Shown here: one piece after another, positions 53,596-63,206 of the stretch
Position numbering within the stretch: the first letter of the stretch is position 1
Layout of the letters: every line of letters begins with the position of its first letter
Source: an uncultured Candidatus Saccharibacteria bacterium
GTDB lineage: Bacteria; Patescibacteriota; Minisyncoccia; Phycocordibacterales; JAKAEA01
Assembly: GCA_964577595.1 (NCBI GenBank)
Contig: CAZNZK010000001.1
Location: 208,144-272,143 of the forward strand
Length of the DNA: 64,000 bases
Direction of reading: 5' to 3'
Translations under genes and position numbers: made by a program
Notes under the pieces: generated by a model
The model's database searches: none
Told to the model about the DNA's origin: nothing
Seen by the model: only the letters and a program-made list of their open reading frames with translations

Positions 53596-53916
53596 TTAAA
53601 GATCTACAATTCTTATACAGCGAGCAATAATCATAAAAGCATACGCCCATAAAAACGGAAGCCATAACGGCATGATGCCTAGAAGCGTTCGCCGAGTGAA
53701 TGTTTCTACTCCAGTTGAAATGAAGAAGTATTCTGAAAGAAAGAGCGCAATGAAACCGAAGATGAGAAAAAATATGTCATTTTTCTGTTTTTTGACTGCT
53801 AGGGTGAGTAAAATGAGCACAACATACAGACTAGCTAAAATCAAATCATTTTGAATCAGCGGTATCAGCGCGATCATGGCCGCGATTACTACTGCGTATG
53901 CGAGGATTTTTATCAT
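53596..53916 (-). CDS. Small multi-pass membrane protein
   Basis: Likely start MIKILAY at 53916; E.FFIS.GV..F......MPLWLPFLW. Confidence 0.65.
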   Translation of the reverse strand: MIKILAYAVVIAAMIALIPLIQNDLILASLYVVLILLTLAVKKQKNDIFFLIFGFIALFLSEYFFISTGVETFTRRTLLGIMPLWLPFLWAYAFMIIARCIRIVDL

Positions 53917-53917
53917 T

Positions 53918-54286
53918 TTACTTTTGATATTCCCATTCGCCACCTCTATAATCGGCCACATGCTCTCCGTCAATCTTTCCATCGGGGTAGTATTCGGTTG
54001 CATGAATAGATGCAGTGACTCCTGTCCGTGGCGAGAGAGTTCTACTCTTATAGTCCTCTATATCTTTTATTCTTTGAAAATTATACTCGACAGTACCTCC
54101 ATTTTCTTGAGTGACCTCTATTTCATATATTTTGAAACCGTGTTCGTCGGTTTCCACCCGTAACTCCTTGAAAGGCTTTCCTTGGAGCAGTTTTTCAAAC
54201 ACAGCTTTAATCTCTTCTACTGAAGGAGTTTTTTCTTGATTGCCTTCGGCTCCTAAAGAAAGATTATTGGGTGGTTGTTCCATCAT
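53918..54286 (-). CDS. Hypothetical protein
   Basis: Charged ~122-aa ORF abutting the next gene. Confidence 0.6.
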   Translation of the reverse strand: MMEQPPNNLSLGAEGNQEKTPSVEEIKAVFEKLLQGKPFKELRVETDEHGFKIYEIEVTQENGGTVEYNFQRIKDIEDYKSRTLSPRTGVTASIHATEYYPDGKIDGEHVADYRGGEWEYQK

Positions 54287-54714
54287 TGGGAATAGTCTAA
54301 CATATCGCCGCATAAGAATTATGTACCGTGAAATTTTCCGAAGGCCTTTTTGTGACTATACAGAATTTCGCGAAAAAGATGTCAAGAAAGAGTGTTTTTT
54401 AAAAAAGTTGGCGTAGGACGCCTTCACTTGGGCCTAAAAAAGAAACACGAACGTATGCAGAAAAATGCATATGTTCATGTGTGGTGAAATGTGGCAGACG
54501 AGGGCTTCATATAAGCGTTTTAAAAATCTGCAATTGGCAAAAAACGTGAAAAAGCTGTTTTATGAGCGTTTTTCTGTAGGTGCCCCAAAAGACGCGTTTG
54601 AAAATATCTCGGAAAGTGAGAACGTCCTTATTATTAGGCGAAAGTATTTTTCGAAAGCGTGCCCTATCTCCTCCAGCTGAGAAAAGTACTTTCGCCGAAA
54701 AGTGGTACCCCATT

Positions 54715-56472
54715 CTAGCTCTCGCGCTTACCGTGCATGAGCATGTCTACGGCGTGTTCCATACTGCCGGCGACGATAATTTCGCCGCCGTTAACGAAGC
54801 AGATTTCATCGGCGTTGCTGATGGTGTTAAGGCGGTGAGCGATAATAACTTTAGTGGTGCTGGCCGGCAACTTCTTCAAGATTTCTTCAAGCAATTGCTC
54901 GGTGACGGTATCAATGTTGGCGGTGGCTTCATCAAGAATAAGAATTTCCGGCTTGTAGAGCACAGCGCGAATAAAGGCGATGAGCTGTTTTTGGCCCAAA
55001 CTAATACCGTCGCCGCTCGTGGTTACGACAGTGTCGAGGCCCTGTTCAAAACGCGCGAGCAAGTTGGAAAGGCCGGCCTGCTCCAAGGTTTCGCGCAATT
55101 GTTCGTTGCTGGATTCTTTGTAAGCGTCGTTACCATAGACAACATTGTCGCGAACCGTGCCGGTAAAAAGGAATGGCTCCTGTAAAATAAAACCGATCTT
55201 TTTAGTGCGCTCGGCCGGCGTGTAGGCGCGAATGTCTTTGCCATCCAAAAATACCGTGCCTTCGGTAGGGTCGTAGAGGCGGGCCATGAGCGATGCAGTG
55301 GTAGTTTTACCCCCACCCGTGGGACCAACAAGCGCGTAGGTTTTGCCCTTCTCCAGCTTGAGATTTATTTTATGCAGAACGCGAGTGCCTTCCGGGTAGA
55401 CGAACGACACGTTTTTAAATTCCATCAAAAAACGTGAGCTCGCTTGCGGCGCGTCAATAATCGGCATATCGGAATCAAGCACGAGCACTTCGGAAATGCG
55501 ATCCAGGCCGGCGAGGGCCGTTTGAAGAGAAGTCCACACCGAGGCGAGTTGTTGGAGGGGGTTGTAGAAGTTGGTGACATAGAGCAAGAAGCCAATGAGC
55601 AAGCCCACCGTAAGCTGGCCGGCGGAAATGAGGTAAATACCGTAGGAAAGCACAATGAGCTGGCCGAGGTTGGCGGCCAAAGTGTAGAGCGGCGTAAAAA
55701 TGTTGTTGGCCAAGCCAGCCCGAACGCCAGCCTTGAAATTGCGCTGATTAGCCCCGCTAAATTTTTGGCGGAAATAATCAAGGCGATTAAACGCGACCAC
55801 CACTTTGAAATTTTGAATGTTTTCCTGAATTTCCGCGCTTAAGCCGCCCAAGCTCTGCAAAGCCGTCAGGTTTTTACGCTTAACCCAACTGGAAAGCGCA
55901 CGAGTAATAATGAAAACAATGAGCGCCGGCACCAGCGCCGCCGCGCCGAGGCGAATATTGAGCGCCAACAGGAAAATGCCCGCGCCGAGAATCAAAAAGA
56001 AATTGCGCATAAATTGCATCAGGGCCTGCGAGAAAAACTGATTGAGCTGATCAGTGTCGTTATTGATGCGGGAAATGAGGTCACCAGCTTTATTTTGATT
56101 GAAAAAGGCTACCGGTAATTCCTGCAGTTTCGTAAACACAGCATTGCGCAAATTGAAAAGCACGTGGCGGCCAACCGTACCCATGCGCAGGGTTTGAATA
56201 TAGCTGGAAACAAGGCCGGCAATATAGACCAGAGCCAGAAGGCCGGAATACATTAAAACGCCCTGGAAATCGTGCGTTTGAACGAAGTGGTCTATGGTGT
56301 AGCCGATAATAAGCGGTGCCACCAAAGCCGAGCCGGACGTGATGAAAATGGCGATAAAAGCCACAATAAGGTTGTTCCGCTCCCCCGCCAAAAAAGGCAC
56401 GATTCTTTTAATGGCGAGTGCGATGCTCGTTTTGCGCTCGTGTTTTGCGGTTTGATTAAGCTCGTACTTCAT
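54715..56472 (-). CDS. ABC exporter, fused permease/ATPase (heterodimer subunit)
   Basis: GDLISRINND, GPTGGGKTT, ISLGQKQL, LDEATANID, IAHRL. Confidence 0.93.
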   Translation of the reverse strand: MKYELNQTAKHERKTSIALAIKRIVPFLAGERNNLIVAFIAIFITSGSALVAPLIIGYTIDHFVQTHDFQGVLMYSGLLALVYIAGLVSSYIQTLRMGTVGRHVLFNLRNAVFTKLQELPVAFFNQNKAGDLISRINNDTDQLNQFFSQALMQFMRNFFLILGAGIFLLALNIRLGAAALVPALIVFIITRALSSWVKRKNLTALQSLGGLSAEIQENIQNFKVVVAFNRLDYFRQKFSGANQRNFKAGVRAGLANNIFTPLYTLAANLGQLIVLSYGIYLISAGQLTVGLLIGFLLYVTNFYNPLQQLASVWTSLQTALAGLDRISEVLVLDSDMPIIDAPQASSRFLMEFKNVSFVYPEGTRVLHKINLKLEKGKTYALVGPTGGGKTTTASLMARLYDPTEGTVFLDGKDIRAYTPAERTKKIGFILQEPFLFTGTVRDNVVYGNDAYKESSNEQLRETLEQAGLSNLLARFEQGLDTVVTTSGDGISLGQKQLIAFIRAVLYKPEILILDEATANIDTVTEQLLEEILKKLPASTTKVIIAHRLNTISNADEICFVNGGEIIVAGSMEHAVDMLMHGKRES

Positions 56473-58183
56473 AATTGTTGGTGCTTTGCTGTGAATTAAA
56501 AATTTGCACGTATTCCGGCGAGCTTGCCATGAGCTCCTGATGCGTGCCCCGCGCCAAAATTTCGCCTTCCATCAGCAGAATGATTTGGTCGTAGTTTTCA
56601 ACCGGCGCGATTTTCTGGGTTACGGAAATGAGCGTGAGGCCCGGATAATTTTTGGCCACATTGCCGAGAATTTTTCGTTCGGTGTTGCCATCGACGCGCG
56701 CGGTGAAATCATCCAAAAGCAACACTTTTGGATTAAGCGCCAAAGCCCGGGCCAGCATGATGCGCTGTTTTTGGCCGCCGGAAAGGCTGGTGCCACGCTC
56801 ACTGGCAATGGTGTCCAACCCTTTCGGCAAAGCGCTGACGAAATCGGCAAGCTCGGCCGTAGCAATGGCTTTTTTAAGATCGTCGTCCTTCACCGTATTA
56901 CTGAAAGCGATGTTTTCACGAAGCGACAAATTAAACATACTGCTGTCCTGAAAAACGAAACCAACCTGCGAGTGTAATGTCTCCTTGCTGTAGGCGTCAA
57001 TATCCTTGCCATCATATTGCACCACACCGGAAATTGGCGGCAGAAGACCGATGAGTAAATAGAGCAATTGCGTTTTGCCGGCGGCTGTTGGGCCGATGAT
57101 GGCCGTTTTTGTACCTGCCTTAACCACGAAAGAAACATCTTTAAGAATATTTTTCTGACCGATAGTGAGCGTGACATTTTCAAAGGCCACGTCGCCATGC
57201 AAGCGGACCTTGTGAGTGCCGCTATCCTTGCGGGGCGGAGCATTAAGCACTTGGCCGATACGCGCGTAGGAAGCCGTGGCCTGAGCGATAACGTTGCTCA
57301 TGAAGCCGAGAATTAAAATCGGCAAAATGAGAATGATGAGATAGTTATTGAAAGCGCTGAAATTGCCCAGAGTCATCGTGCCGTTGATAACATAGTGGCC
57401 GCCGAGCACCAAAATAATGAGCGTAGCCAGGTTGGTACAAAACGTGATGACCGGAATAAGCGTGGCGAAAAGTCGCAAAATACTCATACCAATACTCATT
57501 GCTTCGTTATTGGCTCCTAGAAATTTTTGATATTCGTAGTGGCGAGAATTAAGCAAGCGAATAAGCGCGGCACCTAAAATACTTTCGTTAATGACTTTAT
57601 TCAAGCGGTCAATGGCCTCCTGCGAGCGGGTAAAAAGCTTGCGCACCCGCTTCAACACCACATAGAACGTTCCGCCGATAATAGGGACTATCACCAGCAC
57701 CGCCAATGCGAGCCGCCAATCGATGAGCAGAAGAAGCACGCTCGCGCCGACAATCAGAAAAATTGAAGAAATGATGGAAGCCACCGCTTGCGACACGAAG
57801 TTTTTGACCGCATCCACGTCGGAAGTGAGATTGGTTAAAAGCTTGGCCGGCGTCACCTGCTGTATATAGGAGTAATCCTGCAACGAAACGCGTGCCGTGA
57901 GCTTACTGCGCAAGTCGCGAGCTACCCGCTCGGCCGCAAAGGTTTGCACCACGCTCTGTAAATAGGTGAATATGAAAATTGCCGCGGCAATAAGCGCGAA
58001 TTCCGTCACTACGGCGCTCAACACAAAACCGCCCTTTGTATACGTATCAATTGCGCTCCCGATAATTTTCGGCACCCACAGGGTGAGCGCGTTAGCGGCG
58101 ATAGTCAAAACCACCAACGCACTGATGATGGCCGCGTTCTGTTTTAAGAGACCGATGAGTCCTGTGGAATTTTTCTCCGGCAT
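56456..58183 (-). CDS. ABC exporter, fused permease/ATPase (heterodimer subunit with degenerate site)
   Basis: GPTAAGKT, LSGGQKQR, LDDFTARVD, VTQK; overlaps its partner gene. Confidence 0.93.
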   Translation of the reverse strand: MPEKNSTGLIGLLKQNAAIISALVVLTIAANALTLWVPKIIGSAIDTYTKGGFVLSAVVTEFALIAAAIFIFTYLQSVVQTFAAERVARDLRSKLTARVSLQDYSYIQQVTPAKLLTNLTSDVDAVKNFVSQAVASIISSIFLIVGASVLLLLIDWRLALAVLVIVPIIGGTFYVVLKRVRKLFTRSQEAIDRLNKVINESILGAALIRLLNSRHYEYQKFLGANNEAMSIGMSILRLFATLIPVITFCTNLATLIILVLGGHYVINGTMTLGNFSAFNNYLIILILPILILGFMSNVIAQATASYARIGQVLNAPPRKDSGTHKVRLHGDVAFENVTLTIGQKNILKDVSFVVKAGTKTAIIGPTAAGKTQLLYLLIGLLPPISGVVQYDGKDIDAYSKETLHSQVGFVFQDSSMFNLSLRENIAFSNTVKDDDLKKAIATAELADFVSALPKGLDTIASERGTSLSGGQKQRIMLARALALNPKVLLLDDFTARVDGNTERKILGNVAKNYPGLTLISVTQKIAPVENYDQIILLMEGEILARGTHQELMASSPEYVQIFNSQQSTNNYEVRA

Positions 58184-58223
58184 CAGAAAGAGAGTATACC
58201 AGAATTATTGCCAAAAATCTTGG

Positions 58224-58781
58224 CTATTTTCTCATCCACATCGGCTTCTTTTTTGCGATTTTCGCATAAACAGCGCAACTCGGCACATGGGCGCCACGCA
58301 GATAGCCAATACTCATGAGAAATTCATTAACGATTTCCCCGCCCGTAAATTTGAAAGTCTTTTTAAACAGCTTTACCCAGCCTTCTTTTGAGAGCCCGTG
58401 GTTATGTTCAAGCCATTTTTGAAATGAACCATATTCTTTCTGAAGAGCCAGTATCGCCTTGGCATTCTCAATGGCCGCATTAATTTTGAGGCGATTGCGA
58501 ATAATGCCCGCATCATTCATAAGCCGCTTCCGGTTGGCAGCGGTATACGCCGCCACTTTTTTTATATTGAAATTATCATAGGCCGCCCTGAACGCGTCCT
58601 GCTTTTTCAAAATAGTTTCCCAACTTAAGCCGGCCTGATTTATTTCCAACACTAGGCGGCCAAAAAGTTCATTGTCGTCGTGTATAGGAAAACCATACTG
58701 CAAATCGTGATACGCCTTATGCAAAGCCTTTCTTGGCTCCAGCATATTTTCAATTGCATCGCAGTATGACATTTCAATCAC
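58224..58781 (-). CDS. tag: DNA-3-methyladenine glycosylase I
   Basis: YHD..YG.P..DD..LF..L.LE..QAGLSW.TIL.K, GIIRNRLKI.A.I.NA, FKFTG, H...C. Confidence 0.9.
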   Translation of the reverse strand: MIEMSYCDAIENMLEPRKALHKAYHDLQYGFPIHDDNELFGRLVLEINQAGLSWETILKKQDAFRAAYDNFNIKKVAAYTAANRKRLMNDAGIIRNRLKINAAIENAKAILALQKEYGSFQKWLEHNHGLSKEGWVKLFKKTFKFTGGEIVNEFLMSIGYLRGAHVPSCAVYAKIAKKKPMWMRK

Positions 58782-59254
58782 GCCGTCGCCTCCATTTTAG
58801 CCAGAATACGATTAACCGTTTTCCAGGTGCGGCTGGTAATTGCCTTGCCGTGAGCACGCTCCAGGTCAACCATGAATTGGGGAGTTTTCGCGCCCTCCAA
58901 ATTAATAGCACTGCACAATTCAGGCCGCCGATCCTTGAAAAAAGTAATCAGCAAATAATTGGGCTTTTTGTCCTCCACGCCCTTATACGGATTTTTCTTC
59001 ACCAGCGCCTCAAGTTCTACCCGGCTGCGCACAATGGCAATTCGGCTAAAACCGAGTTTGAGAGGCATTTCTTTTTCTATTTTCGCTTCAAGCGTCGCGG
59101 CATTAGCGCTCCCCGACTCAAATATCACATTGCCACTGGCAATCACCGGATGCACATTTTTAAACCCCAGCCCTTTTAAAAGGCCAGCAAGTTTTTCCCC
59201 AGTCATATTCGGATTCCCCGGGCCAATGCCCCGCAACAACGCGACGTAGTTCAT
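58778..59254 (-). CDS. DUF1697 family protein
   Basis: YVALLRGI, GF.NV...IASGNVIF, T.RTW.TV. Confidence 0.85.
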   Translation of the reverse strand: MNYVALLRGIGPGNPNMTGEKLAGLLKGLGFKNVHPVIASGNVIFESGSANAATLEAKIEKEMPLKLGFSRIAIVRSRVELEALVKKNPYKGVEDKKPNYLLITFFKDRRPELCSAINLEGAKTPQFMVDLERAHGKAITSRTWKTVNRILAKMEATA

Positions 59255-59268
59255 GCAGAAAAATCTGC

Positions 59269-59430
59269 TTATTTGAAGGCGAAAGCCAGCAACACGATAG
59301 TTAGAGCATTAAGAATCACCAATACCGCGACGAGTGTTGTTTTTGACCCGACCGCATTGGGATTGATTAATATAAAAACCGTGTAAATTATTGCAACAAT
59401 CGCTGCTCCCAAAAAGTTTCCTTTTATCAT
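59269..59430 (-). CDS. Small two-TM membrane protein (53 aa)
   Basis: Manual translation: MIKGNFLGAAIVAIIYTVFILINPNAVGSKTTLVAVLVILNALTIVLLAFAFK. Confidence 0.5.
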   Translation of the reverse strand: MIKGNFLGAAIVAIIYTVFILINPNAVGSKTTLVAVLVILNALTIVLLAFAFK

Positions 59431-59516
59431 ATATTTATAATGACACTTATAAACCCGCCAACCTTACAGGAAGTATAGCAGACTTACCGAGAGTATTCTG
59501 TGCTAGTATAGCGCCC

Positions 59517-60809
59517 ATGGAAGACACACTCTGGGATGTGGCTGTAGTTGGCGGCGGGCCGGCCGGCATGATGGCAGCTGGGCGGGCGGCGGAAAAAGGC
59601 GCTAAGGTCATTTTGCTGGAAAAAAATGAGTCCCTCGGAAAGAAACTGCTCATAACCGGAGGAGGGCGTTGCAATGTCACCAATGCCGAGGAGGATACGC
59701 GGAAACTTCTTGAGCAATTTAAGGATGCCGGAAAATTTCTTTTTTCGGCTTTTTCGCAATGGGGCGTACCAAATACGCTCCGCTTTTTTCACACCAGAGA
59801 TATGCCAACAAAAGTTGAAAAGGGATTGCGGGTTTTCCCCGTAACCAACCGCTCCCAGTCGGTATGGGATGTGCTGGTGGGGTATATTCGGAAAAATAAC
59901 GTGGTTATTCTTTCACAGTCTCCGGTTACCGGCATTGCCACCGAGAGCGCCGCAAACGAAAATGCCGGCACAAACGGCAAAAAAGTAATCGGTGTTATTT
60001 TAAAGAATAAAAAGGTAATCCGCGCCAACTCGGTGATTATTGCCACCGGGGGCACATCCCGCCCGGAAACGGGTTCCACCGGCGATGCCTATGCGTGGCT
60101 CAGAAAAATTGGCCACACCGTTATAGAGCCAGAGCCTTCTCTGGTGCCCCTTAAAGTTAAGGATGCCTGGGCAAAGCGCCTGGCGGGAGTAAGCTTAACC
60201 GATATAAAACTGACCCTTTTCCAAAATGACGTGAAGCAGGATACGAAAAAAGGCAAAATTCTCTTCACCCACATTGGCATAAGCGGCCCAACGATACTTA
60301 ATATGAGCAAGGATGTCGGTGAACTTTTGAAATATGGCGACGTAACCGTTTCGCTGGACATCCTCCCCACCCTTGACTATGGCCAGCTCAACCTCCGCCT
60401 GCAGGAGCTTTTCAAGGAGCACGACAAAAAGAAATTAAAAAATGCTCTCGGCGGTTTGGTGCCCTCGGCCATCATTGATATCGTCGTTGAGCTCTCCAGC
60501 ATCAACCCCGACGCCTCGTGCAATAGCGTCAGCCGCGACGAGCGCCTCCGGCTGGTGAAAGTATTAAAAGACATTCCCATTCACATTGACTCCCTCTTGG
60601 GAGTGGAGAAAGCCATCATAACCAGCGGCGGCGTCATCCTTGATGAAGTTGATTTTAAAACGATGCGCTCTCGCCTATTCCCCAACCTCTACCTCGTCGG
60701 CGATATTCTCAATATTGACCGCCCCTCCGGCGGCTATAGCCTGCAACTCTGCTGGACCACCGGCTTTGTGGCCGGAGAACATGCCGGGCCAACGCTAAAA
60801 CACTTATAA
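59517..60809 (+). CDS. HI0933/YhiN (BaiN-like) flavoprotein oxidoreductase
   Basis: VGGGPAGMMAA, GKKLLITGGGRCNVTN, ATGG.SRP.TGSTGD, LFTH.GISGP, TSGGV, GGYSLQ.CW.TG. Confidence 0.93.
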   Translation: MEDTLWDVAVVGGGPAGMMAAGRAAEKGAKVILLEKNESLGKKLLITGGGRCNVTNAEEDTRKLLEQFKDAGKFLFSAFSQWGVPNTLRFFHTRDMPTKVEKGLRVFPVTNRSQSVWDVLVGYIRKNNVVILSQSPVTGIATESAANENAGTNGKKVIGVILKNKKVIRANSVIIATGGTSRPETGSTGDAYAWLRKIGHTVIEPEPSLVPLKVKDAWAKRLAGVSLTDIKLTLFQNDVKQDTKKGKILFTHIGISGPTILNMSKDVGELLKYGDVTVSLDILPTLDYGQLNLRLQELFKEHDKKKLKNALGGLVPSAIIDIVVELSSINPDASCNSVSRDERLRLVKVLKDIPIHIDSLLGVEKAIITSGGVILDEVDFKTMRSRLFPNLYLVGDILNIDRPSGGYSLQLCWTTGFVAGEHAGPTLKHL

Positions 60810-61274
60810 AATTTTCTCTGGTTTTAAATTTTCCTGAAGCATCGTGAGTAACTTCTCAACCGGTCTACGATTAGGAGGTAAGTTGGTAGGCAAAAACCAT
60901 TGTGCCTCAATGATTTCTATATTGTCAATCTTGAAATCAAACGACGCAACAGACGAATAGAATACAGCCACAGTATCTCTCTTATGTTCCATTATGTTTT
61001 TATATTCTCCAATGTTCTTAATAGCGTCTAAACGTATACCCACTTCTTCAAAAACCTCTCGTCGAATAGCTGTTTCCCAACTTTCGTTTCTCTTAACTCC
61101 CCCGCCAGGAACAGTCCATAGTTTGTGAGCATAACCAAGCCGAGTCAATAAAAAATGCCCACGACATTCAATAAGACATTTCACTCCGCGTGTTTGTGGC
61201 CGAAAAATATACCAATAGAGTCTTCGAAAAGGATTAATGAGGGTATACCACGTGCGAATACAAATCTTGTACAT
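60804..61274 (-). CDS. NUDIX hydrolase
   Basis: PGGGVKRNESWETAIRREVFEEVG Nudix box. Confidence 0.9.
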   Translation of the reverse strand: MYKICIRTWYTLINPFRRLYWYIFRPQTRGVKCLIECRGHFLLTRLGYAHKLWTVPGGGVKRNESWETAIRREVFEEVGIRLDAIKNIGEYKNIMEHKRDTVAVFYSSVASFDFKIDNIEIIEAQWFLPTNLPPNRRPVEKLLTMLQENLKPEKIL

Positions 61275-61302
61275 AGTGTGAATATACCACATCTAAATTT
61301 AC

Positions 61303-61336
61303 GGGCTGGCCGTGTTGGACGGTATCCGAACTATTT
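61303..61336. repeat. Inter-cassette ~34-bp direct repeat, copy 1
   Basis: GGGCTGGCCGTGTTGGACGGTATCCGAACTATTT; overlaps the stop codon of 61331..62038. Confidence 0.85.
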
Positions 61337-62038
61337 AAAGCCAACCTGAGCTGAAAATCTACGAATAGCACCGATTGCCATGCCTTGTTCAGGCGTCGCA
61401 ACAGTTTCCAAATTCTTCAGCATTTCATTGAGCGTTTTTAGAGAATTTACATTTTCGACAGCAGGAAGTTGTGGAAATAGGTCTTTTTTCATATTCACGT
61501 ATTCAGATACCAGAAATGGCATGAAATCTGGGTCTTTTCTCACAATTTTTTTGATTGCCACGAAACACATACAAATCACAAAACTCAGCTTATCACTAGG
61601 ATCCTTTTTAGTACGCTTCGGGTCATACACCATCTTCCCCTTTTGAATTGGCGTTTTTCCAAAGAGAACAATCGCCCCATCATCAACCCGAGAAGACGAC
61701 AACGGGCAGAAAAAATAATCCACCTGTAAAAGCCCGGCTGGTGTATCATAAATAACCAAGGAATAATTTCCACCAAGCGGGAAATTTTGCTGTGCCTCGT
61801 GGCATATCAGAATTGTTCCGAAACGCTTGTATATTTCAAACCGATTTTTAATGGACTCTTGAATTTCGTCATCTTTGAAAGTAACCCAGACATCGATGTC
61901 ACTCAACGCATCCCCATCGCCCCTAGCGAGAGAGCCGAACACGTGCCCCTCTAGAGCCTTATCGGTGAAGAAATTAGTAATTACAGAAAGCGTTTGCTCA
62001 CGCGTCTCAATCAGTTTTTTACTCAGTTCTGGTTTCAT
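61331..62038 (-). CDS. Nucleotidyltransferase-domain protein (antibiotic-NTase-like)
   Basis: FGSLARGDGDALSDIDV pol-beta-type motif; later VDYF. Confidence 0.8.
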   Translation of the reverse strand: MKPELSKKLIETREQTLSVITNFFTDKALEGHVFGSLARGDGDALSDIDVWVTFKDDEIQESIKNRFEIYKRFGTILICHEAQQNFPLGGNYSLVIYDTPAGLLQVDYFFCPLSSSRVDDGAIVLFGKTPIQKGKMVYDPKRTKKDPSDKLSFVICMCFVAIKKIVRKDPDFMPFLVSEYVNMKKDLFPQLPAVENVNSLKTLNEMLKNLETVATPEQGMAIGAIRRFSAQVGFK

Positions 62039-62050
62039 AAATTTTAATGT

Positions 62051-62680
62051 CTACACAATGCCCTGCCACACAATATTAATGTCATGCGTTTTCTGCCACT
62101 GTTCTTTCATTATGTTTCTTAATTCTTGGTGCTGAGGATACCCTCTATCAATCTCTCCAGCCATTAAATCGGCACACGTCTCATTGAGCAATACTGATAA
62201 CGCTTCTTTTTTGTCGTTATATTTTGCGTCGCCGAGTTTCTTTGCATCACCACCAAATTTATACCATGTATAAAAATGCCAAAGCTCGTGCATGGCTATT
62301 TGGTTAGCGTTCTTTTTTGTGGATACGTAAAAGAAGTTTTGATCGATATTGTATGGATATCTGCCGGTGATAGTCACAAAAGCAGTAATATTGTTTTCAA
62401 TTTTTACATCGAACACCTCTTCAGCCCTCTTTTCATATGCTTCGGCTACCGTGTCCCAATTACCCTGAAGTTGTGCCACTACCGCGCTCATCTCAATATT
62501 ATTGTCTTGAATATATTTTCTCACGAACTCCCGTACCTTTTCCTTGTTAGTAATATCAGACGTGAACGCCAAAAGCGCCTCATATGTTTTTGTCTTATTT
62601 GGTGAGTTTTGAGAACCTGCCCCTTTTGAAAGAAGACACTCTATATCCTTATTTTCGTCGTAGGTAAAATGGATTTTCAT
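62051..62680 (-). CDS. Hypothetical protein with HExxH (zincin-like) motif
   Basis: Start MKIHFTY at 62680; IAMHELWHFY, downstream KEAL and GYPQH. Confidence 0.7.
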   Translation of the reverse strand: MKIHFTYDENKDIECLLSKGAGSQNSPNKTKTYEALLAFTSDITNKEKVREFVRKYIQDNNIEMSAVVAQLQGNWDTVAEAYEKRAEEVFDVKIENNITAFVTITGRYPYNIDQNFFYVSTKKNANQIAMHELWHFYTWYKFGGDAKKLGDAKYNDKKEALSVLLNETCADLMAGEIDRGYPQHQELRNIMKEQWQKTHDINIVWQGIV

Positions 62681-62702
62681 AAAATATACTGTGAAAAAGT
62701 GG

Positions 62703-62736
62703 GGGCTGGCCGCGTGGGACGGTATCCGAACTATTT
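62703..62736. repeat. Inter-cassette ~34-bp direct repeat, copy 2
   Basis: GGGCTGGCCGCGTGGGACGGTATCCGAACTATTT; 32/34 identical to copy 1. Confidence 0.85.
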
Positions 62737-62751
62737 TAAGCAACGAATCCT

Positions 62752-63165
62752 CTATTTGAGCCCGCTTTTAATATATTCCAAGATCATTTCAACGTCTTTT
62801 AAATGCTTTGGTTTATTATACGCCTTCTTAAATTTTATAGTATCGTCAAGACTGGCGAATGGAATGTCTTTAATAATATCTGCCTGACCACGAAGTTCGG
62901 AAAATGTCGGATTGAAATCTTTGCAATTTACATCAAGATATAGTTCTATATTGTCTTTTTTTAAATAAACCTGCCCAATTTTTTCATACGTCCAGGGTAT
63001 TTGTTCCCAATGTTCATTTTTACTCTTTTCAAAAAGTTTTGGGGTAACAACGATATCTATGTCATTCGTCATTCGTAACCCCCGTGCGACAATGGGGCCG
63101 CTGCCGACGATCACATATTGATCTGGTGGAAAATTAAGTTTTTTTATTTCTTCAAAAATTTTCAT
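62752..63165 (-). CDS. Small nucleotidyltransferase-fold protein
   Basis: YVIVGSG.I..RGLR..NDIDIVV; C-terminal KK...KPK..KDV..I. Confidence 0.7.
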   Translation of the reverse strand: MKIFEEIKKLNFPPDQYVIVGSGPIVARGLRMTNDIDIVVTPKLFEKSKNEHWEQIPWTYEKIGQVYLKKDNIELYLDVNCKDFNPTFSELRGQADIIKDIPFASLDDTIKFKKAYNKPKHLKDVEMILEYIKSGLK

Positions 63166-63172
63166 TGTTGGT

Positions 63173-63206
63173 CGGCTGGCCGTGTGGTACGAAGTTGGAA
63201 CTTTAC
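63173..63206. repeat. Inter-cassette ~34-bp direct repeat, copy 3 (diverged)
   Basis: CGGCTGGCCGTGTGGTACGAAGTTGGAACTTTAC; 23/34 identical to copy 1 without gaps; overlaps the stop of 63203..63985. Confidence 0.7.

Noticed and set aside
53302-54480. AT-rich orphan stretch as a second cassette array
   Set aside because: No copy of the 34-bp repeat or any other boundary repeat was found by eye.
61303-63206. Repeats as a CRISPR array or classical attC sites
   Set aside because: The spacing is 470-1400 bp and contains whole genes; no cas genes; no attC R-box ends or hairpin symmetry.
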